A stretch of 64,000 bases of DNA from Macrostomum lignano (taxonomy: Eukaryota), in the NCBI GenBank assembly GCA_002269645.1, contig NIVC01001330.1:248001-312000 (forward strand). The letters are read 5' to 3'. A program made the translations under genes and the position numbers. Position 1 is the stretch's first letter. Every line of letters starts with the position of its first letter. Below are positions 56,507 through 64,000 of this stretch, in pieces. Under the pieces are notes generated by a model that was given only the letters and a program-made list of their open reading frames with translations, was not told the DNA's origin and searched no databases.

Positions 56507-56731
56507 ATGAACTATTATTCTATAACAGAAACGACGTTTATTATGAAAAATATATATAAAAAAATGAAGGTAAATTATTCCTACATCGGAAATGTTCCAA
56601 TTAATGAACTTAATGAAAATTTAAGTTTGATAACAGTTGAACAAATGTCAATAATAATATTAGTAACAATAATAGTAATAATATTGTTTTTGTTTGTAAT
56701 AAAAAATTTACTACCATGTTGTCTTAAGTAA
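56507..56731 (+). CDS. Polinton small single-pass membrane protein, 74 aa
   Basis: AAAAAATG start; hydrophobic SIIILVTIIVIILFLFVI followed by K...PCCLK. Confidence 0.55.
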   Translation: MNYYSITETTFIMKNIYKKMKVNYSYIGNVPINELNENLSLITVEQMSIIILVTIIVIILFLFVIKNLLPCCLK

Positions 56732-56741
56732 CTGTTTGAAC

Positions 56742-58349
56742 TTAGTTCGCAGACATTATCTGGTTCTCATAAAAAGAACCCAATATTTCTTCACCATCCT
56801 TATCAGCAATTATATAGGTTGTAGGATTTGTATTTAAAACTTTACTGATGGTAAATTTCTCACTTATTTTCCAATATCCTTTTCTTCCCTTTTCAAACTT
56901 ATCTTTCCATTTATAGATATAAACAGAATCACCAACCTTAAAACCTTTAGTTTTCTTTTTTTCAAAATCTCCAAAAGTAACCCTAACATTTTCAGGATTG
57001 TTATAAGCTTGTTGAGGAGTCATCTTTATCGCCGAATGATATGAATTGTTATAATCTTTCACTACCTCTGGTAATATTTTTACCCATTTTTGGTTACCAT
57101 TAAGACTAAACTGAAACCATAATTTCTTACCTAAAGTTCTATTAAATCTTTCTATTAATGCGTTTTTACTCTCTCCATAAATAGAATAAATTTTATTAAT
57201 ATACTCCCCATTCGCGTCCTTTTTCCTTTCTTGTCCTTTTTCAAAATGATACAATTTATACATGTGAGGATTGTAAAATTCTTTTCCTTCGTCAACACAC
57301 AACCTTTCACTTTTTTCTCCAAGACTTCTAAAAGCAGCAGCAACCTCCTCTCCCTTTTTGGATTTTAAAGGAACAGCCCACGCGTATCGAGTAAAACCAT
57401 CTAATATGGTTAAGATATATTTATATCCTCTTTCGTTCGGCATCGACATTAAATCAGCATACCAAATTTCATTCTTTTTGAAGTTCATGATTTTTCTATA
57501 AAATTTAGGTTTTCGATATTCTTTATGAAGAATCTTTGCCTCATCAGAACTTAACCCGCCGCCACTTAACAACAAACACTCAACACAATTATTTCCATGT
57601 TGATTATAATTAATTCCCAAACCAAATTTAACTTTAGACTGCAAGATCTTTTTAACCATCCACCTAGTTAATTTTTGACCTACCGATAATCCCTGCAAGT
57701 TATCTAATCCTTGAATCATTTTTTGATCGGCTTCATGTTTTAATCTTAATGCTTCCTCGGGTGTGTTCTTATCAGCATCTCTGTATGCTAAGTCATGATA
57801 GTATGCTAACCAATCAATTCCATTTATGGGAATTGAATCGGCTTTTGGGGTGTCATCAGGATTTAATCTCAAATCTAAGCGAGTGCCGGGTAGTTTACCC
57901 TCAATCTTTCGAAAGAGGCTGGAGCACACCTTAAGCGGCGATAATTACCGCCCATCTCCGTCTGCTCTCTGAACCTTCTCCTTATATTTAAAATACTTAG
58001 GAGCTTGGCTGCGCATTGCCACCGTGTCTTCAAGCTTTTTACCATCGAACCATAGGTTCGCGGACGAAGTCCGATTGGGAAGAGGAGTTACCTCTGTTCC
58101 TTCAAAAGATTTCTCAATTGAAGTGGTACTTGAAGCTGTATGACGGGTTTCACGCAATTTGGAGATGTCGCCACAAATAGTGACTAGCAAGGACATTGCC
58201 TTCCTCACTCAGGCCACGGGTTAACCTGTGAAGTTCATTGATGGTAGGTGTAGCTCACCCGTATACCTCCCAGTAGTAAATATTGGTGGTAAGCTTGTTA
58301 ATCCTTTTTGAACATCTAAAAATCCTCCTTCAAATACTATTTGGTTCAT
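56742..58349 (-). CDS. PLA2X (parvovirus-type phospholipase A2)-retroviral-like integrase fusion; exons 58349-58224 and 57890-56742 joined by a group I intron; 424 aa spliced
   Basis: Exon 1 gives MNQIVFEGGFLDV...GELHLPSMNFTG and exon 2 gives PGTRLDLRL...PINGIDWLAYYHDLAY...EAD (PLA2 Ca loop, HD and D). These are followed by the rve DDE core WYADL / CVDEGKEF / IERFNRT and YNNSYHSAIKMTP. Confidence 0.88.
57891..58223 (-). ncRNA. Group I self-splicing intron (IC1-like, 333 nt, no internal ORF, apparent omega-A)
   Basis: P1 exon CAGGU / GCCUG with U.G at the 5' splice site; P3 CAUCUCC(58167-61)/GGAGAUG(57959-53); P4 UGCGUG/UGCGCA; P5a with A-rich bulge; P5b GAAA tetraloop; P6a CUCCU/AGGAG; P7 G-A(bulge)-GAGCA(57969-63)/UGCUCC(57926-21); P8; J8/7 UUAAGGUG; P9 GAAA; P9.0 AG/CU. 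Removal restores NFTG|PGT in frame. Confidence 0.9.
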
Positions 58350-58833
58350 TTTTAATGTTTAAAAAACATGTTTCTATCAATTTAATAATTTCTAAATATT
58401 GGTCACCATATAAAAAATTTAAAGCAAATTCCCCAGTTAACAAGGTAACTCCATTATCAAATACTTTTTGTACGGGGTTTTTAGTAGTATTATTAATGCA
58501 AATATAATATAAATCAAATTCGGGATTAACATATTTAAATTCTAATAACTTTTGAATATTTCTAAATCGACTTGATGAATTATCTGTGTTATCAGAAGAT
58601 TTTAACTCTAACGCAACTTTTCTTTCTGTATGAATTAAATCAATTTTATTTACTTTTTCAAAACCAAAATGTTTAATAGCTAATAATTCATAAAGAGATC
58701 CAAGTCTCATTTGTATTGTTTTAATACGGTTTGCAATTATTAATTCATCTTGAAATATTTTATTTAGTATTCTGTCAGAACCAACTTTATCATAAATAGG
58801 CTTACAAAGGTGGTCTTTTATTGTTTCATCCAT
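58330..58833 (-). CDS. PD-(D/E)xK restriction-endonuclease-like protein, 167 aa
   Basis: ATAAAATG start at 58833; motif Q-x-RLG-x-LYE...IDLIHTERKVALELKS-x2-NT (D...ExK). Its stop overlaps the PLA2X ATG by 20 nt. Family assignment is by motif only. Confidence 0.6.
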   Translation of the reverse strand: MDETIKDHLCKPIYDKVGSDRILNKIFQDELIIANRIKTIQMRLGSLYELLAIKHFGFEKVNKIDLIHTERKVALELKSSDNTDNSSSRFRNIQKLLEFKYVNPEFDLYYICINNTTKNPVQKVFDNGVTLLTGEFALNFLYGDQYLEIIKLIETCFLNIKNEPNSI

Positions 58834-58861
58834 TTTATAAAAAAATAAATTTAACAATTAA

Positions 58862-59533
58862 TTAAACTCCAGTATGTCCAGCAGCTTTCGCAGCAGCTAA
58901 AACAAGTTTTCGCGGTGTTTTAAATCCATCACCAACAGCTGGTTTGTTATTTATAGAATTAACAATCCATTTATACAAGCTGGTATTTTTAACAGCTCCT
59001 CCTAACTCATCATAAAAAATTCTAGCACTTATTAATTCATCCCTAGTATATAAATCGGGGTTAAATTTTACCCTAGGGTTCGTAATAATATTAAATGCTC
59101 CGCCCAATTCTCTATATAGTTCATTTCGATCTTTAACAACGTTACCAATTCGATAATTACCACCACCTAAATCTGTCACAGCAATACTAGTTGGTGCAGG
59201 TCTCGGATATTGTTCAACTCCACCCCTAATCTCTTCACGTCTAATTTCTGCAACTCTAAATATTGCTTGATCAGTCTCATAAGCAGGCGGCTCATCCAAA
59301 ATTTCATCCTCTTTTGGCTCCGTATTTTTAGCAATTTTTTCCAGAAGATCTTTATCTGTTTTTTCTAGTTCACTAATTTTCCCAGTAATAGGATTAACAA
59401 AAGGAGCAGCAAATCTTTCACCCGCTAATTGTATTCCTAACTTTCTTTTTTGTAAATTCCTAACAAAATCAGAATATCTTTGCTTCTCTTTATAAATCGC
59501 TAACTCTCCATCAACGTCCATAAATTGACTCAT
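58862..59533 (-). CDS. Polinton hypothetical (possible virion core) protein, 223 aa
   Basis: Intact ORF with AAAAAATG start; C-terminal LAAAKAAGHTGV recalls the A-x2-AGNTG motif of Polinton core proteins. Confidence 0.6.
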   Translation of the reverse strand: MSQFMDVDGELAIYKEKQRYSDFVRNLQKRKLGIQLAGERFAAPFVNPITGKISELEKTDKDLLEKIAKNTEPKEDEILDEPPAYETDQAIFRVAEIRREEIRGGVEQYPRPAPTSIAVTDLGGGNYRIGNVVKDRNELYRELGGAFNIITNPRVKFNPDLYTRDELISARIFYDELGGAVKNTSLYKWIVNSINNKPAVGDGFKTPRKLVLAAAKAAGHTGV

Positions 59534-59567
59534 TTTTTAACATAAAAAACTTTTTTAACTTAAAAAA

Positions 59568-61090
59568 ATGGCTGAAACAAAAACTATGTGGAGTGATAAA
59601 TTTCATTTCAAAAAGCACCGACAGTATATTAATGAGGTCAGAGCAAGAGATTTAAATTATACCCTACCAACAAGTGATAATTCAAATAACTTTACTACTG
59701 GAACGGTAACTTTTGACATCGGCGCAACCAACACTATATTGGATATGAAAAATGCGTTTTTCCGCGTTAGATGGTTGTATACTAGAAATGATGGAACTGC
59801 TCTTGCAGCCGGAGATATCGCAGATCGATCCGGAATAATAATAGAAAATGATTGGTTTTATAAATGTTTTTCCCAAGCAAAACTGTTAATGGTGCTGAGG
59901 TTGAGACATCATCAAACCCCGCAGAGATTAATGGAGTTTTGAAACATTTAAATTATACTTATTTATCAAAACAAGTTGGTGATAATGTTGGGTGGATGCC
60001 GGATAAAGGTAACGGTCAAGCAGTAGTTTTCCCTAATGTACAAAACGCAGCCGGTGCAGATACTGCAGCGCTAATTGTTTACCTTAATACAAACATAGTT
60101 CCAGTTGTAACCACTATGACTAATACAAAAGATATTAATACTGGTTTTATAGATCGTCAGAATAAATTCCCAGTCGCGGTTTTAACCACAGCAACAGCAT
60201 ATGAGCAGGACTTTTCAATCTTTCCACTATTTGGGTTTTCTCACCAAATCGGGTATGGAAAGGATTAAAATTTGGGATACAGTTGCAAATATCTGGTGGA
60301 TATCAGCCTAGGATACTTTATGGAACCTCAATTTCAACCGATATAGCAGTTCGTATAGATTCAATTCAATTAGTCGTACCAACTATTGAGGTAACAGCCC
60401 CACTTTTAAAACACATCGATAATCAGTTAACGCATGATCAGGAAATATTTTATTTGAATCGTCGACATTTTATGCGAACCATTAATAATAACCAGGATTC
60501 ATTCCAGTGGCAAATACTGACATCAAAACGTCGGGTGAGATATATTTTTGTTTGGTTTAAGATAACAAATAGAAGGAGTAAAAGAGCAAATGGGATTTAT
60601 ATTGGCTTCAATCCGGTGCGCATAGCAGAACAAGCAGCCACCGCAACAGACAATGCGGCTGCAGCTATTAACGAGTTTAATGTTCAGAATATCCGCCTGC
60701 AGGTTGATGATCAATATTATCCGGTTAAAGACCCCCTAAATTTAAATATAGCAAATAATAATGTTAATGATTTTATAAAATATTATCAAGATTATGCTAA
60801 AAATGAAGCGTATGCCGTCCCTCAGTACACACACAGAGTTTCTAAACATTCATCCAGTGGTTGTTTATGATCTAACGGCACAGAAAGAAAACGTAGCCAA
60901 TATTGGACTTAATTATATGTTAGAGATTAATAAAACCGGTAATCAGGCACTTGACGCCACGTATTGTTTCTAGAGGAATATATGTCAATTGCTAAAGCTG
61001 ATGCACGATTGTTCGGGACGCACTTTAGCTCGCACTGCAAAGCATCAACACCTGTAAAAATGGTGCAGGTCTCGACCGTCGCGCTATTTA
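59568..61090 (+). pseudogene. Major capsid protein (double jelly-roll, Polinton-type), frameshifted
   Basis: Three consecutive ORF pieces (59568-59942, 59864-60268, 60283-60870+) with beta-rich motifs VTFDI...LDMKNAFFRV, RVRYIFVWF and FNVQNIRLQVDDQYYP-x2-PLNLN; 3' end approximate. Confidence 0.7.
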
Positions 61091-61105
61091 AATTATTTCT
61101 TTAAA

Positions 61106-61866
61106 ATGGTAAAGGCAAAACACGATAAGATATTCCAAATGATCCTTTTCTTTGTTTAGTAATTGGTGGTCGGGTAAAGGAAAAACACACTTGTTTATCG
61201 ATTTATTAACAACGATGGAATGCTAGACTATAATAATTTAATAATATTATACTAACAAACCTAGAATAAAATATTATGAATTTCTTAAACATGGATTAAA
61301 AAACAAATTAAAAAAAGATGTCTTGTTTAGAATGTTAAGAGCATATGAGCAATATGAGGATGATGACGAACCGCGATTTAATCTAGCAGACATTGAGGAT
61401 TTATGTAAAACAATGGCACAACAGCCAGAAAACATCACCGATCGCCCCGAAGGGTCGCGGACTTCGTCCGATCGCCCAACTGTATAGAGTATCAACCCGA
61501 TTAGCCTATGATCAAATTCCAAACATGATAAAACACTAATTATTTTTGATGATTGTATTAATGACGGTGATCAAGAATTGCAAAAGGAAATTTTGTTAGT
61601 GTGTAGAGGAGATGGAATTGGAGCTTTTTATCTTACTCAATCCTTTAGAGAATTAGAATCGATTATAAAAAAGAATGCTAGCTTGTTGTGTAATGTTTGA
61701 TTTAGATAACTATGATCTACAAAATATTCACGCTAGATTTAATCCCGGGATTGGATGCAAAACCATTTAAAAGTATGTGTAAAAAAATTTGGGATGATAG
61801 CCAATACAAACATATTTATATCAATCCGAGGTTAGAAAGGAAAAATAGAATTTAAAAAATTTGATA
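61106..61866 (+). pseudogene. A32/FtsK-like genome-packaging ATPase, frameshifted
   Basis: Walker A region LVIGGxGKGKTHL (broken by an indel), Walker B LIIFDD and YLTQS motif. Confidence 0.8.
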
Positions 61867-61940
61867 AAAGACGATGAGGAAGAAGAATGATCGTCCCATA
61901 GGTCGCGTACCTCTCGGTACGTTAATTTCCCACTATAAAA

Positions 61941-62722
61941 ATGACTACAAATTTAAATACTATAAAACACATTGGTAGATCGAACTAATTCAAAATTTAG
62001 TACAACATTACAGTTATAATGACAACCAGCGAGCAACGGATTCAATTGCGCGATCCATTACAATTGATCAAAGCCTAAGTTATCAAATAGGTTTAATACT
62101 ATTTTCGGTTTTCAACATGCCTCAATTAATTAATGCAACAAATAATCAATTTAGATATTTAAGATTCCGGAGCCAATTGGAACAACATTTAGCGCTTAAC
62201 CCAGGAGCGTATAGCTATACTGATTTGAATGCTTATATAGAAGGAGAATTAACAACTAATGGTGATTGGTAGCAGGAGCAATTGTTATAGGTGTTGATTT
62301 ACCGTCTGGCAGATTCACACTATCACTAGGATCCGGATATCAGGTTGATTTCACAATTGCAAATTCACTCAGAACCATACTTGGATTTAATTCCCGAATA
62401 GTTACCACATCAAGCACCGGTGATACAGTTGGAAATATAGAGGGTGGAGTAAATACAATTAATATAACAACCGACATATCAAACGGTGGTTATATAACAG
62501 ACGATAACGGAGTTTTGGTTCAACGTGGAATTATTTATTCAATCCCATTTCTTGCTGTTCCAATTGGAGAGAAAATGATTGTATCACCTCAAACCCAATA
62601 TATTACCCATTAAATCAATATAATGTTCAATCAATTTATATTAGGATTGTAGATGAAAGCGATAGATTAATAAGTTTTGGTGGGCATCAATAACATAATT
62701 TTTACGTATAAAACAGGTTTAA
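61941..62722 (+). pseudogene. Minor capsid protein (penton), frameshifted
   Basis: Pieces with NATNNQFRY, PGAYSY, LRTILGF, NTINITTDI, IIYSIP, ending LRIKQV*; typical Polinton penton pattern. Confidence 0.7.
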
Positions 62723-62915
62723 TCGTATGTAAAAATGGGTAATAATAATATAATTTAACTAAAAAAACAATCAGAAAAAGTTAAAAAAGCTGAAGATAAT
62801 TACGAACTAGAACTAGCAAAATTAAGGCAGTTACAAGCTGATAAAATAAGAAAGGAATTGTTAAAACCCACACCTACGAAACTAACTAAAACCAAGAGTT
62901 TTTCAGGAACATAAA

Positions 62916-63351
62916 ATGACCATGACGTGGGATGATTTTAAACAAAGATATGGAACGACACAACAAGCAATATCGAATTAACAAATTGGGCGAGGCAGTT
63001 AAAAATAAAACCATTCAGATGTGTTATGCGAGATGAGATAAAGACTTACCACAATATGGATCTTTCATTGTTAATATTGAAACAACAAAAGAAAATGGTG
63101 TTCATTGGTCAGCAGTTTATTCAAAACCAAAACTTGTTTATTTTTGATTCATACGCGCTTCCTCCGTTACAGGAAATAAAAGACAAATTTAATCATACTA
63201 AAAATCGTTTATGTGGAGATCATCACGAACAATTTCAAACTTTGATAAAAGTTATTGCGGGCAAGCGGCGTTGTATTTTTTATATCGACTTTCGAATGAA
63301 GCTCGTGTAAACCCCGAAGTATTTAAGACTATTTTAGACTCTATAAAATAG
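62916..63351 (+). pseudogene. Adenain-like cysteine protease, frameshifted
   Basis: Catalytic motifs across frames: GVHW (His), FDSYALPP (Asp) and Q...YCGQAALYFL (Cys). Confidence 0.8.
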
Positions 63352-63361
63352 ACAGTAAAAA

Positions 63362-64000
63362 ATGTTATTTTCTGGAACACCCTCATGGAACGGAACAACA
63401 AGTAGTCTGGTGGTGGCACATCTGGGGAATAAGTGTTACATTTGGAGATAATCGATATATTAATGAAGATGAAGGTTATAAAAAAAGTGAAGTTGATACT
63501 AAACTAAATTTAAAAAGAAACGTTGCAGATTCCTATACTAAAACTCAAATAGATGATTCACTAAATCTGAAACGGAACGTAGCCGATTCCTATACCAAAA
63601 CCGAAGTTGATAATTCATTAAATTTAAAACGCAATACAGCCGATTCTTATACCAAAACGAGAGTTGATAATTCATTAAATTTAAAACGCAATAACGATTC
63701 TCTTATACCAAAACCGAAGTTGATAATTCATTAAATTTGAAACGGAACGTAGCCGATTCTTTATACCAAAAACCGAAGTTGATAATGGATTAAATTTAAA
63801 AAGAGATGTAACTGATTCTTATTTCGAACTGATTCTGATTCACGTTATGTTCAAACCCCGCAAACGCGGAAACCTAGATATGAGCAACAACCGAATTATA
63901 AATGTTTCAATTACAACTAGTGATTCAGTGGTTGATAGAACTATGTCGATAATCAAAGTTGCCACTCGTTGGTAATATTAATATGAATAATTTTAAATTA
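63362..64000 (+). pseudogene. Fibre/spike-like protein with 57-bp (19-aa) coiled-coil repeats, frameshifted, partial
   Basis: ~6 repeats of YTKTEVDNSLNLKRNVADS (63480-63830) followed by LDMSNNRIINV. Confidence 0.55.

Larger units (their letters stand above)
55851..64000. mobile_element. Polinton/Maverick (adintovirus-like endogenous dsDNA virus), left portion; runs off the window
   Basis: Abrupt switch to AT-rich, gene-dense, spliceosomal-intron-free DNA. AGTAGT terminus typical of Polintons; rve integrase, parvo-type PLA2, DJR-like capsid, A32-like ATPase, penton-like and adenain-like genes, with AAAATG starts. Confidence 0.9.

Noticed and set aside
57890-57929. ORF-track start (GTG, MCSSLFRKIEGKL) for the integrase
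   Set aside because: These 13 codons are intron P7/P9 sequence; the real start is the ATG at 58349
57945-58208. 87-aa ORF as an intron-encoded homing endonuclease
   Set aside because: It has a GTG start, no LAGLIDADG/HNH/GIY-YIG/His-Cys motif, and runs entirely through the ribozyme core
57891-58229. Spliceosomal (GT-AG) interpretation of the PLA2X insert
   Set aside because: Using G|GTTAAC and the nearest AG (GATTGAG|) creates an immediate stop and does not restore GPGT; the group I boundaries do
55851-64000. Protein-primed DNA polymerase B gene
   Set aside because: No PolB motifs are visible; it presumably lies beyond the window, so the element's autonomy cannot be judged

Overview
Eukaryotic (metazoan) genomic DNA with GT-AG introns packed with minisatellites. 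The style resembles the flatworm Macrostomum, but that is inference only. Host genes, left to right: a 9-exon SK/KCNN Ca2+-activated K+ channel (+, 5'-truncated, to 18932); NARFL/CIAO3 (-, 6 exons, 35185->27283) head-to-head with PCF11 (+, 5 exons, 35791-42930); an orphan single-exon ORF with an N-terminal MGxC motif (46630-47418); and a secreted PAN-like + 2x C-type-lectin-like gene (50852-53528). From 55851 to the window end lies the left part of an AT-rich Polinton/Maverick (adintovirus-like) element inserted into a minisatellite. It has an AGTAGT terminus, a PLA2X-integrase gene, a PD-(D/E)xK nuclease, major capsid, packaging ATPase, penton, adenain-like protease and a fibre-like ORF; no pPolB is visible in the window. 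Main discovery: the PLA2X-integrase gene is split by a 333-nt ORF-less group I intron (minus strand, 58223->57891). It has a full IC1-like P1-P10 fold, sits in the PLA2 Ca-binding loop (NFTG^PGT), apparently ends in omega-A rather than omega-G, and lies next to a free-standing restriction-like nuclease gene.
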